Positions 27,046 through 41,681 of a stretch of 64,000 bases of DNA are shown one piece after another. The first letter of the stretch is position 1. Each line of letters begins with the position of its first letter. The position numbers and the translations under genes were made by a program. Under the pieces are notes generated by a model. It was given only the letters and a program-made list of their open reading frames with translations, did no database searches and was not told the DNA's origin. Origin of the DNA: Chrysomallon squamiferum. Its lineage: Eukaryota; Animalia; Mollusca. The stretch lies in assembly GCA_012295275.1 (NCBI GenBank), contig CM022669.1, forward strand, positions 3,286,001-3,350,000, written 5' to 3'.

Positions 27046-28804
27046 CAAATAAAAAATTATAACAACAACAACAACAAAAAAAACATAATAATAATAAAAA
27101 ATAATAACAATAATATAAGCAAATAAATAAAAATAATAATAATAAAAATTATTTTTTTTTTCTGCCAGGAAGTATTCTGCGTCTGTGGCTGTTCGACGAC
27201 TACTGAGCAGCACGTCAAACTGATGATCAAAGCGTTCTGCCGATCACAGCTGAGTCCTCCACCCGGCGATCTCCGAGCGATAGTCACGCGTCACCTACCC
27301 GTAATTGTCACCCCGAGCCATCAGCTCGCCCGCCATTTCAAACGTTTCTCCGCCGGAGATGTTATCACGACGTCACTGACGTGTTCAAAGAGTCGTCGAG
27401 GTTTGGCGTTCACAGTCAGGCGCTACGGCTTTCTTTATTGAAACGAGGCGGGTACGTCACTGACTGGCACCGAGCATCACGAGCTGGAACATTCGCGTTG
27501 TAACGACGAGTAGAAAAATCAAAGTGATAATTAAGCATGTCGACGACTTTAATCATTCGGAATACATTTTTGTGTTTTTATAAACTAAAGGAAATAAAAA
27601 TCGTTTTTTTTTTTTTTTTTTTATTAGTTTAAAGCTCCTTTTTCAAATGGTTGATTGTTGTTGTCGTTTGGTGTTAATCTTTCATAAAATATTTTATTTT
27701 ATTTTTTTTTTTTTTTTTGAACTGATAAAATAAGAAATGAAAAATATCCTTTATGTATTATTTTTATTAGTTTTACTGTTTTCAGTCTTTGATGTTTTTA
27801 AACTAATATCTCGGCGCGTCTAGAAAGGATTTTCAACTATTCAGAAATGCTGTGAGAAAATAAAATATAAATATCTTTGTTGTTATTGTTGTTCTTTCTA
27901 TTATTATTGTTGTTGTTGTTGTTGTTGTTGTTATTGTTGATGTTATTATTATTGTAATGTTTGTATATGAAACTGAAAATTAATAATTTATCCTGACATA
28001 TTCAAACTTATCCTAACAGACCAATAAGACTTGGTCTCCTACTTGAAAACGGACTTAGCATAAAGAATATATATATATTAAAAAAAAACATTCAGTGTTA
28101 ATAGTGAAGAGAAGAGAAATATGTGTTTAGATCTGTTTTCTGCTGTTTACTTCTACAAAGTGCCCGGCCTCTGTCGACACTAGTCGCTTGGCGAATACTA
28201 CGTCTTATCTCGCTGCTATCTTCCGTTCGGCAGCTTTTGTTGAAATGTTTGGCCGAAAACTGGCTGGAGAGTAATCTGCAGTTACGAACAGCTTCGGGCT
28301 GTCGTAAACACAAAATGGCTGGTTTCTGAGTTTAGTCGTAATCCGGAGATCAGTGATAAGAACTCGGGGAGATGTTTGTCTCTGACAGTCACCATCACAA
28401 ACCACTGACATTTGTAATCAAACCTCAGAAAAAGTAATCCAATTAGAGTAGGAAAAAGAGAAGAAAAAAAAAGGGAAAAGAAAATACCAGTATGGTGAGA
28501 AATACTTTATCACGTGTAAATCGTCTGGCATTTTGACATTAAAAAAAAAGAAAGAAAAGAAAGAAAGGAAGGTAAGATATAAATAAAAAAAAATAACAAA
28601 AAAAATGAAGATTGTACAAAATAAGAATAAATCATGTGAACTGAATATTAAAAATAATGTTATTATGAAAGTTACATAAATGGTAGTAATAATATCAGTG
28701 AAAGCCATAGTAATGACATTAGAAGAATCTTTGATTACATATAAGATTTAATTCTTTAATATCAACTAAAATTATTTCCCATCAAAACAGCATCGTCAAT
28801 AGGT

Positions 28805-28811
<7 letters not shown>

Positions 28812-28894
<83 letters not shown>
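28812..28894. repeat. (AG)n microsatellite
   Basis: Perfect AG run. Confidence 0.98.
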
Positions 28895-28899
<5 letters not shown>

Positions 28900-29302
28900 A
28901 ATGATAACGAGAAAAAGAGAAGAGGGAGATGGGGAGAAAGAGACTGTGACAGAGAGCGAGAAAACAAAATCACAGAGAAGTTTTGCTAAAAAAGACATTT
29001 ATCATTTATAAAGAATGAGAAAGCTAGTGATACCAGAAAATGTTTGTATACTGAATCGCAGGCGAGGCTAGAATTCCGCGCATGTTAAACACAGACAACT
29101 TGCGGATAACTGGCGCAATTCGACACAGCATCAAGCGGAGTAACGCCGTAGCCTAGGGTCTACGAAAACATCGCTCACTGAGTACCAACAAACTTCAAGG
29201 AGTAACTGATACAGTATCTCTGCTTTTCATAGATGCTTCCTGTAACGAGCAATCAAAACAAAAACCTGCTCTTCTTATCGACCTTTTTCTTTTTTGCGAT
29301 TG

Positions 29303-29495
29303 AATGTAGAGGGCGTCCTGCGGCAGTTGTGTTATCACTCGCCCTCTTGTGTATAATTAATGGCACGTGACCGCTTGGTGACATTGGTTCTAAGTTTCGG
29401 ATGTCTTTTGGTGTCTACCGTTTCGGGGCAATGTGCCACCGATCTTTGTGTTTCTCTGTAAATAATTATGTCTGGAACTTTGTTAGGTGGCGCTG
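29303..29495. promoter_or_regulatory. Cluster of three partial CTCF-like motifs
   Basis: AATGTAGAGGGCGTCC (+, 29303-29318), ACACAAGAGGGCGAG (-, 29338-29352) and TTGTTAGGTGGCGCTG (+, 29480-29495). Cores match; 5' flanks are imperfect. Confidence 0.3.
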
Positions 29496-31629
29496 AAGTC
29501 GTGCCATGTTGTTATTTTTGCACTGGCTTTGTCTCGGGAAAGTTGTATGATCCAGAAACCAAATGTTTGGTGACGGGATTGTTAATGCAAATATCTGCAG
29601 TATCATTTTGTTTTGCTTTTTCAGCGAATTCCCGAGAAAATATAGATATAGCAGTAACCACAAAAGCAACAACAGTAACAATAACAACAGCAACAGCAGC
29701 TAATACTAATATTAGTAATATCAGATGAATTCAAGACTTATATGTAGGTAAACTGATATGATTGTTGTTACTTTAGTCTTTTACCACATACATATGTAAA
29801 AAAAGGAAAACACATACACACCCCAAAAAAATCCCATACATACAGATATGCATACATACATACATACATAGGTACGTACAAGCATACGTACGTGCATGCA
29901 TACATGAATACATACACACATACCAAAAAAAGGAAAAGAAGATGAAACAAAACATATCCATTACTTACACTTAGGTAAAGAAAAATATTGTATTTATTTA
30001 TTTTTATTTTATTTTTTTTTATTTTTTTTTTATTTTTTTTTTTTTTTTTTTTGATAATTGAAATAAGCGATTACTGAATCCACTGACTACATGTAACTGT
30101 ATTGCATTTGTCTCTCGTACTGTTGTGCCACACATTAATTAGGAATATTTTAGACATTTCGAACACACATCTAAAAGTTAGTTCACGACCGCAGCATCAG
30201 TGAAGATATTATAAATAGGTCATTAAATAAAGATTCGTCCGTTGCTTTTACTGCGATTCTAAGTATTTCAGACATTAATGACATAACATTGGTTTTACTC
30301 ATTAATCCTTCTCTATCGCCGTAATGCGATTTCCGGTGTAGACACAATTCCGACTAATTTCATAATGGATAGACTCTCCATAAACATCATAATATTTTAC
30401 TAAGTCGTTGGGATGAAATAAATAACATCAATGTTTCCAGTCAATGGACGAAATCCATTTCAATAAAATGGGTTATTTTATTCTCCATACAGAATACGTT
30501 AAAATCAGTTCAAAGTTTCATGGATGACTCTTCTTAGCTTAATTAGGAGAGGTTTTTATACGTTTTTATGAGGGTCATTATTAACGACGTCTCGGATGGC
30601 GGCCACGTCTGTAGCAGACATGTGAGGGATGAACAATGATGCAGGACAGATACGCTTAGTCAAAGCAGAAGACTGAACTCATTTGAAAACGAGGACGTCC
30701 ACGACTAGAAACTATCTCCATAGCGATGCCGGAAGTTAACATCCGGAACTGATGCTCGAACAAGGCACGTTAATTTTGCGTCGTCACGAACCGGTTCAAA
30801 TATAATCCGAGTCGCAGTTGTTTCCCTTCGAAGCTCGAATAATTCTTTAAAATTGTAACATTTTATTTTATTTTATTTTATTTTATTTTATTTTATTTAT
30901 TTATTTATTTGTTTATTTATTTATTTAGTTTTATCTGTTAAATATATTTCATAAATCAACAAGCACGTGTATAATAGAATGATAATAATAATAATTATTA
31001 TTTTATTGTTTAAGAAGATATTTCTTGGAGCAATAATAATAAAACAATTTAATGCTACGTAACTTGAAACTTTGTTAACACATTTTGAGTAATTCTGTGA
31101 ATGTCACGAGTCATTTACAAGCAAGAATCGCCGATATTTTTGTTCGGTTAACTTCCTTTCTTTCTTGTTCTTGTTGTCGCTGTCGTTGTTGTTCGTCTTC
31201 TTCTTCTTCTTTTTTTTTTTTTTTTTTTTTTTCAGAAGAACTGATCTAGTGATTTGTGTAACAGCCAGAATGACCTTTCGTGTCTGACCGTCATGAACGC
31301 CGTGTTGAAAGCAGGTTGCGCTCGCAAATTATCATCAGTTTTGCAATTTATTCTTAGCTACTTTTTATCACGTACGGTATTGTACACGACGATTGCAACG
31401 TGCTGCGCCGTGACTGCAGATGTTACACTGTCAGAAAAATATGTCACACTCACTGTTATTTATTGTGTGTTTACGATGCATGATGATAAAGATAGAAAAA
31501 CAATACCAACAAATACAAATACTGCTATTACTACTATTCCTACTACTACTAATCATAATAATAATGTTGATGATGATGATGATTCTGATGATAATGATGA
31601 TTTTGTTGATGATGATGATGATAATGTGG

Positions 31630-31682
<53 letters not shown>

Positions 31683-34367
31683 CCACTATTTTCTCTGGAA
31701 TCTAAAATAATACTAATGATGATGATGATGATGATGAACAAGATGATAATAATAATCCCAGAATATTCCACAAAATTACATTTTGTATACTTACAGTGAA
31801 TCCAAGATATCCAGGACAATAATGACGTGACGTTACTAGGAATACACCACGTGGCAGCATTATGACGTCATAATGTGTGTTTCTCTTATTTGCACACTGC
31901 AATATCTAAACTTTAAAATACCGTTAAAGTGTTTTTCGGGTTCCTTATTAATGCAATCTGCGACAGAAAGTAATATAAAATAGTCTGACTACGCATGTGC
32001 ACTGGTGGAAATGAAAAGCTTATGGTAAGGTTTCAGAAAAACGTAATATAATAACTATGTAATAATAATAATAATCAAATATCTATACAACGTTAGCAAT
32101 CAAAACAGTTTCACTAACTCATTATTATATATAACACTGTTATTAATTCTTTTTTCTTTCTTTTTATTATTTAAAGTTATTATTTGATTACACACATTAT
32201 AATTATAATTGTATATATATATATATATATATATTATTTATAATTGAAATTATTATTGTTATTATTATTATTATTATATTATTATTGTTGTTGTTGTTGT
32301 TGTTGTTAGTTGTTGCAACTGTTATTGTTGTGATGTTTTATTATTCTGTTGTTGTTGTTATTGCTATTATTAATATTTATATTATAATTCATTATTATTA
32401 TTATTATTATTATTTACTATATTAATTATTAATTACAAATAATAATTAAAGTCAAATTATGCTCGTATATTCTTTAATTAATACTTCGTGTATCATTTTC
32501 GATGATTTACACAAATAAAATAATTTAAATTTGATATTAAAGATTAAATCGTATATGCAAATCACAGCTCATTTTACCAGCAATAATTGATAGCAAGCGT
32601 GACTTTTAATTCAATTTGCACAGAATATCTTGTAATATTTCCCGTCATAAGCCTGTTGGTGTTATGAAAAGACCCTTTAACATCATATTCATTCCACAGC
32701 AAACAATATTTGCTGAAATTTCCAGCAACATGGACAGTTTAAACCGCCGAGGCACGTTTTGTTTGCAGTTTTGAGCCGATTGACTAACACTCGGTGTTTT
32801 GTGACCTTTTATAATGCACACGCACGTTTCAGCGGAACAGTCAGATACACCAGTCTCTCTGAGGTGGACACGTGACATGTTTGCCAAAGGTTTTAGGTCA
32901 CTAGTATCAGCTGAACATTAATGCATCAGTTAGTGTCATAATAATAACAAATATAACGATGCAACGAAATAATATAAAGCTTACACAATCATAAACAAAT
33001 ACAAATGCTCTCAAAGCGGCCTATATAAACATATACCAAGAAATATCCACGGACACACACGCGCACATAGACACACAAACACACATACCCCACATAAAAA
33101 TATACATATTAATAACCATGTTTGATTTTTAAAAATTAAATCAGAAATGTATATTATTACTTGAAAACAATATTTACGTGAAACAAACGTCAATAAATGA
33201 AAAAGTAATATATATATATAAACAAATATAAGAAAAACAATAAAGAACAACAACACAAAAATATAAAAATAAAAGACGTAGGAGAAGGAAAAGGTATATA
33301 AAACAAAACTAAAATTTTAAACGTAATTTAAAAATATGTATATTTATCATATTAATCAAAACTGTAACAAAAGATACATATTAAAAAGAAAAAAACAAAT
33401 AGTAAACAAATATAACAAACCAATACAAAAATAATAATAATAAAATAAACATACAAACAAAGCAAAACAAACAAACAGGCAAATAAACAAAAGGAAAAAC
33501 AAATACTCTTTATATTTCAAACATGAGTTTTCTCGTCTCAGCCATTTCTAAACTGTTTTTTGAATACACCCAACACAAATTACAATGTATTTCAATCTAA
33601 CTTTAATGCAGTATTCCTAGCGATCTGTTTTCCGTTTAAGTCGGGTCTGACGAATGTACATATCCAGCAACAAAGAACCTGGTCAGGACCATACCCTGAT
33701 TACAGAGGGAGCCAGATGTTTGCCTGTACTGGCCTGGAGTCTTGCCGAGCTGATAATTTCAGCTCTAATATCGGTATATCGGGTTCCCCTTGTCCAACAC
33801 ATGTAATTAAAATCCCCTTGTTCCGTTCATTGCTGGGGAATCGGCCATTGTCTTGAAATTAATTTTAGTCATGGTGGGAGGTGCTGGAACCGACTGCAAG
33901 ATGGTTGATGTCGACAAACAGTGTAAAGGGTTTCATGGGAATTATCATTAAGTTCTGATATTAAATTTAGTGTTATGAAAAAAATAATTATCGTTCAGAA
34001 AAGTCTAGGCGCAATACGATAATTCTGTGTTTTTGGTAATTCACAACGATTGCTAAATGTTTTAATTATGTCATCATCGTGTGACAGGCATGTAATTATG
34101 TACTGAAAAAAAGAAATTTTATTTATTTATTTATTTCATTTGTTTGTATGTATGTATGCTTGTTTGTTTGTTTGTTTGTCTATTGATGTATTGGATACTA
34201 TTTAAAAACCATTCAAGTTATTCTGTCTTAACAGTGGATAAATACATATGTTTTTATTTTCAAGAAGGAAATCTCTTTTTACTCGATAATTTTAGTTCTT
34301 TGTAGCATCCTAAAATAAAAAGTAGAAACAAGGATAGGACAAATATTGAATGGGATAACATGAACAC

Positions 34368-34452
34368 GTACATACATACATACATACATACATACATACA
34401 TACATACATACATACATACATACATACATACATACATACATACATACATACA
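34368..34452. repeat. (TACA)n microsatellite
   Basis: Perfect TACA run. Related TATG tracts lie at about 35598-35730 and 61746-61820. Confidence 0.97.
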
Positions 34453-35635
34453 TTGATACACACACATACATACATACATACACAAACATATATATAAACA
34501 CACACATACACACACAAAAATACACGCACGTGCATACGTGCATACATAAACATATAAACACCACAGACTGACTACTAACAAAGGCAAACCAAACAAGACT
34601 GAGATTTGTCAACTGTCGTATGTCACACTGCTCAGCGAGCTAAAACAACAGGTGAACCATTTCCTATTCATGACCCAACAATCCCGTGACGTCACACAGC
34701 TGTTTTCTGACAATAACTGTACTTACTGGCAGTGGGCGTGGCCAGGGTGGGCCTCTCGGGGCCTGTTACAGAGAGATCGAGTTCGGTGCACGCGGCTTGA
34801 TGACAGCTGGCCACGCGTTCTGTACCGCTGAATGAAAATTAACTTACCGGAACAAGCGAGAACAAGAAAACAAAGATCTCCTGGGGATTGTTTTGGGCGA
34901 CTCGTGTTGTAGGTGTAACACAGTACATCTAGAGTCTGAGTGGAGTCGCGTGCAGGCATCTATCTGAACTCTCTTTCTCCGCTCGAGTCATCTAAACATA
35001 ACATAATGTATTAATTGTAGGAGCACGTCTATAATTTTAGCTGCATTATGAGCAAGAAAAAAACTAAAAGAGAACGAAGAGTTACGATAATTATGCTTTA
35101 ACTTCTAGCTATTCAGGAAGTTACATATATTATTATGGATAGTCATCTGGGTGGGTGTATCTATATATATAAAGGAGTATTCAAGAATTTTTATTTTTAT
35201 TACAATTTTTTTGTTTGTTTATTGTACTTTTTCTTCTTTTTTTTTCTTGTCTTTTCTTTTCTTTTCTTTTCTTTTCTTTCTTTTCTTTTCTTTTCTTTTC
35301 TTTCTTTAGTTCTTTCTTTTTTATTTCTTTTTCTTGAACCAGCTATATTTACAGAGGTTTACCTGTACTGTTGTACTCTTCGTGTTGTAAAGAGAAACAG
35401 ACTTTCTACAAAACTGGTCATCATTATAAAGAGAGTTCATCTGCTGGTTTCCCGATACATCTTGTCTTTGAAAATGGCGAGCAGACACAGGTTTGTATCC
35501 TTGAGACACTGAACCAATCTGTTTGTAACTAACAGTAATCTTATCATTTAACTGAAGATCAAAATATTCCTGAGAATAACAGACATCGTGCATTGAATGT
35601 ATGTATGTATGTATGTATGTATGTTTCTATGTATG

Positions 35636-35669
<34 letters not shown>

Positions 35670-35813
35670 TTTATCTATGTATTTATGTATGTATGTATGT
35701 ATGTATGTATGTATGCATGTATGTATGTATATGTGTTATGTATGTCTATGTTTGCGTGTACATATGCTGATGGTTACGAAAGAATGTATGAAAAGTATAA
35801 GCAGGTGTAATAC

Positions 35814-35868
<55 letters not shown>

Positions 35869-36233
35869 CGACGGGTCGATCACACAAATATCATGCCTGT
35901 GTTAAACATAAATAAATATAAGAACAGAGAGCTAGTACATGTTGTCACGCTGAGTTGTGAGAAATGAGGAGTTGTAACTGTGTCAGTGTGACGAGTGATT
36001 CCTGTCAGTCAGTACACTGACATTACCACGTGACACTACCACGTGACACTAGACATCTACTGCTTGTTTACCGTCATACTTTACTTTTGTTGAATGAAAC
36101 AACGATCATAAATATTTTAAGATTTGAAATAAAAAAATAAAAAAGAGAGAGAAAAATAGAGATAGATAAAGAGATAGATAGGTAGATAAATGACAGACAG
36201 ATAAATAGATAGAGAGATTCATACATACACAGA

Positions 36234-36265
<32 letters not shown>

Positions 36266-36744
36266 TAGAAATATACATCATTATTATTTAGTTATTCAGA
36301 TAGTTATCCAGTAATATAGATATTTAATAAAACCCTCTATCAAAGTCAGACGCCTCACCTCGCCTTAGAATTACTTTTTATAATTATTTCCCATTCCAAA
36401 CACAACACTTTGACTAATACAGTCATCTGCGTTTGATCGTAATGTTCTTATTATTACTACTTATTTTATATAAATAAAACTTACCACCATAACCATTTAA
36501 ATAATAATTATCAGCACAGCCGTTTATATTTCTTTAGCAGCTAAGAACGATTTGTCCAGCCTATTAATAACTGACACTTCGCTTGTAAAGATTTGAATAA
36601 TATTGCTCAGCTCGTAATAACATTAATAATATTACCCGCTAAGTGAAAGACGGGCCGTGTCAACAGTTTGCTGGCTTTGACGTGGTGGCATCTCAAACAA
36701 TTATCTCCCTCGTATTTTAGTGTAACGTTCAGCAGCTTGCGTCA

Positions 36745-36760
36745 CAGCGCCCCCTACCGT
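36745..36760 (-). promoter_or_regulatory. CTCF-like motif ACGGTAGGGGGCGCTG
   Basis: CTCF core match AGGGGGCGC; near-identical to 13413-13428 and in the same orientation. Confidence 0.5.
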
Positions 36761-37918
36761 TAATCACTCGAACCACAAACATGCTGGCACAAGATCCGAC
36801 ATAATATAGGTATGCACCGCTACGTAATGGCGCTAATCAGCTTAGTGAAAGGTGGGGCCCAATTTGGGATAAGGGTTTGGGAATACAGGATGTGTTTGTG
36901 CCTTGAACTCGGTTAACTGTTTTAGTGAACATTTCTGAAGGATAATTACTATATCACAATTTTTTAGATAATCTAGTTTTTGTGGCAAACACATTTTTAT
37001 AATGTGCTTATGCATGTTAATATAAATGTATGGAATTTTATCTCTTGCAGCCATTTTGGGCAGAAGAATTCTTGACCAGTTCTCCGATAGGCGGCAAGTT
37101 AAAAATGACCGTCCATCTTCCTTATACTCTTATGAATCATGATGCTAACGCCAATCTTCGAAAATTTCCGATATATTGCGATAAACATTAAAAGAACGAT
37201 TATACAGTGACTTTGAGAAATAATTACTCAGTCAGTGTTGTTATTATTCGTTCTTCTTACTTTTGTAAACACTTATTTAGCTGTGGTTTTATTTTTCGGC
37301 AAGAACATTTTTTTTCCTACGGAATAAAACAACTGACAGTCATAATACTGATATAAAAAATAATATATTTTGTTTCACGAAATCTAATGAAAGATTGGTA
37401 AAAAGAAGAAATTACTATTAAAAAAGATCATTGCTCATAAGATTTATCACGATGATGAAGATAATTGTGATAACAAAGACAAAACAAATATAATATTAAT
37501 AATAATAAAATGAAGAAGCAGAAGAAGACGTTGAACAATCAGAACACAAATAAAAAGTAAAATAATAAAAGTAAAAATAATTTTACACTTTTAATCGGGT
37601 AAATTCTGGAACCTAAAGAGAGCCTCTCTATGTAAAGCATAGATGAGCGGGATTATGACACTAACAAGTGTCAGCAAATCTCTGTTATCCACGCCATTAG
37701 TCTCGTTTCTCTTAGACGTCTCTCTAGCAGCCATTTTTTATCAGTTCCTGTGTCATCTTTCAGATGCACGAACGAACTTTGATAAATTGCTTTGAAAATA
37801 AAACTTTAATTTTTTAAAAGATCTATGCTTAATATAAATGCTGTTAAGAAAATTAGAAATAAAATAAATCACTTTTTTCTACTTTTTTTTTTTTTTATGC
37901 ACTCTGTATGTATGCAAC

Positions 37919-38290
<372 letters not shown>

Positions 38291-39876
38291 CAAACGTTTT
38301 TCTCTCCCTCTTTCTCTTATTTTGTGATTCTTTGAAAGATCTCGATTTCATTCTCTCGCCCTTCTACTCTCTGTGCACGTCGCTGTTTCACTTTCTTCCC
38401 CTCTTTATCTCTCTCATTCAGCCACTTTTATTTCCTCTACAGAACAACATAAATTTACACAAGCGCACAAAAACATGCACACGCGCGCGTCAGTCATAGA
38501 AACTAGTTTTAATTATTAAGTAACAGAAGAAAAAAAAAGGTAATTATAAAGCCTGTAACCACAACCTATAAATTAAACACGAAAGACAAAAATTATAATG
38601 TTTTTGCCACTTAAATGACACCGAAATATTTTTCAGTTAAAAGGCATGGAAGTATTTGTCACAGAAAGCATACAGAACAATCCCACAATGCTCTGTTTCA
38701 GTCGCGTGCAGCCAAGTGACAAGAGCGCAGTTCCATGACAAGAAAATCGGTTGAAGTTGACACAGCGAGTTGAAAACTTTGTTTTATTCCGTCAAATTTG
38801 ATTAACGTGTCAGAATTCATGATACTAAATATCATAGGCTGGCATTTACCATCAAGACACTGCGATCCCGTAATGTAATGGGAGATGCTTTTATTAAAAG
38901 CCCGTCAGTTTAATGACCATTACTGTCGACCCGGCTGCAGTTCGGGTTGTGGTTTGCAATACTTTACCTGAACTCGTTCATATATTTCACACTGCCTGTC
39001 AGGATGATGTTCTCAGTATCAGTGTATTGAGAGCATGTAAAAATTTAGTATTATTTTTTTTTTATTTTATTTTTATCTCTGTTTCAAAGAATACTTAACC
39101 TGTGCATTATTTAACTGTATCAATCAAGATAATGTTTTGTTCATTATGAAAATGTTTTATTGAGAAATTTTTCATAATTTTTACATTTAGTAATGTATGT
39201 ATATATTTTTTCGTCTGTATATATATAAAAAATCATATTATTTTTGTATGTACATATATTATTTAATGCTGCACATCGTATAAATGTGTTACTCATCATA
39301 TAAAAATATTTTACTGAGAGCATAAATCATTTTTAATTTAATATTTAGATATTATAATAATACGTTTGCTTAGTTAATCTACTAATGAAGTTTATAAAAA
39401 AATATTTTAGTTGTGATTTTATATCTCAGCAATTATGTAATGTATAAAAACAATTAAAAAAAAAAAAAAAACGAATCGAGAGTGCAAATTTTACTTTCAC
39501 TGGCAATTTTTAGTTGGACAGTTTATTTTTGAATTATATTGCTGAAATTATGAAAATGTTTTTATTTCGGTAATTTAATTAATGATACTGGCAAATATAA
39601 CTGAAACACAAAAATTAAAAACCAAAATATTCTTAAGGTAAAAATCTGCATAAACTGTGTTATCTGAAATATAAATAAATATATTCTGAAGTTGGCATCT
39701 GAACGAATAACCATTTATTTAATGGAATATCAAATTATTGTGGATAGTTTTATTAACTGTGATGAGTCGAGGAAACCCGCTTCTGTCGTTTAAAACAACC
39801 TTCCCATAAACAGAAACAGCAAATACAAGGAAATAAAAAAAAAAAAAAAAATAAAAATAAAAAAAAAAAAAAAAAA

Positions 39877-39915
<39 letters not shown>

Positions 39916-40082
39916 AAAATAATAATAATAATAAAAAACCCCAACAACAACAACAAGCACAATACAAATAAAATTACAACATGAACAACAGTAATAATAA
40001 TAATAATAATAATAATAAGAAGAATAATAAGAAGAAGAAGAAGAAGAAGAAGAAGAAAGAAGAAGTAGAACAACAACAACAA

Positions 40083-40116
<34 letters not shown>

Positions 40117-40951
40117 CAAACCACAACAACAATAACAATATGAATACATTTTAAAGTTAAACAGAGGGCACAGCGTGGTAATAAAACGAATCTAGAATTT
40201 CCAACAATCGGTCTGGCTTGTAATGAGTTAATCTGAATAAAAACTGTTTCTGTTGTTGTAAAAACATCGATTCTATCAGTGAAAAGAAATTCAAACAATG
40301 CACAGTTTGTTTTTGTATGTCGGTCATCGCAATACGCGCTCTTCATCCGCCCTGAGAGAATTAGTACAGATTTATTGTTCTCTTGTGATTCCTTTGTCAT
40401 CTGATTTGTTTTTCAGTATTTAACACGACCGACGTTAATTTCGAAGAGAAAAAAATATACTGCAATCTGACCTTTTAAATCGTAATTTTTTTTTTTTCGT
40501 TTATCTTTTAAAATTATTATTCATTTTAATTAATAATCGAGACTGTTTAATCTTATTTCAGATAGTGGTTTAATTAAATAATATATATATATATATAACG
40601 TATTACCTTTTATATGAGTGGTATTACGTTCTGTAAAAATAAAGTTCTAGGCAAAATATAACATCGACATTGTTTTCAGTTTTGTATATTTTGAAATTAT
40701 TGGAAAATATCGGAATATATCGGACATTTCCGACAGTTCTTATTTTAATTAAAATATGACAGCAATCAAACAGCAATCAAACGCTGGCATAACTCTTCTA
40801 TAATAAAAGTAAAAATTATATATATGACGTCATAATACTATGACGTTAAACACTGATGCGTAGCGAAGGCGGAAAGGGTAAACGGTTAACAACACACCAA
40901 TGTTTAAACGTTAACTGTTAACGGATTTAAAGTATAATGACCAGGTGATTA

Positions 40952-40992
<41 letters not shown>

Positions 40993-41643
40993 TTGTTTGT
41001 TTTATTTGCTTTCTTTTCTTTTAATTTTCCTTTTCCTTTTCTTTATTCATTTTTTTTTTTTTTTATGATTTTTTTTTATTTCATTTTATATATTATTAAT
41101 TTTTTTTATATTTATCATTTGTTTTCGTATTCTTTGTTTATAAATTGTATGTGTTTGGTCCTATTCTCCGCTCTGTATTCTTCTTTTATTGTCATTATTT
41201 TTATATCATCGTGAGCACCATCAACAATAATTACTACTACTACCAGCTGTTACCATTACTATTTCATTTATTATTATTATTACTATTATTATTATTATTA
41301 TTATTTTGACTGCTACAAACTGCGTTGCTACTACTACAATTACTATTGTTAAGAACAAACAAAGAAACAAACATGCCAAAAAAAAAAAAAAAAAATGAAT
41401 AAAGAAAAAAGGAAGAAAAATAACACTAATATTCTTTTCAAATATATGTGAAGAGATTATAATGTTGATGTTTTTTATACGTTTATTATAATTTGATTGT
41501 TTTTGTTTATTTAGCTGCTGTTTTAATTGTTTCATTGTGTAGATGCTTTCTTTTTTTCTCTCTCTTTCGCTTTCTCTCTGTCTCTTTAATAATTATTTCA
41601 GTATTTTTTCATTTATTCATTAGGTTTTTTAATTATTATTATT

Positions 41644-41681
<38 letters not shown>

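Noticed and set aside
31254-31799. 181-aa ORF with D/N-rich tracts
   Set aside because: The open frame is maintained by GAT/AAT microsatellites; no recognisable domain or splice context.
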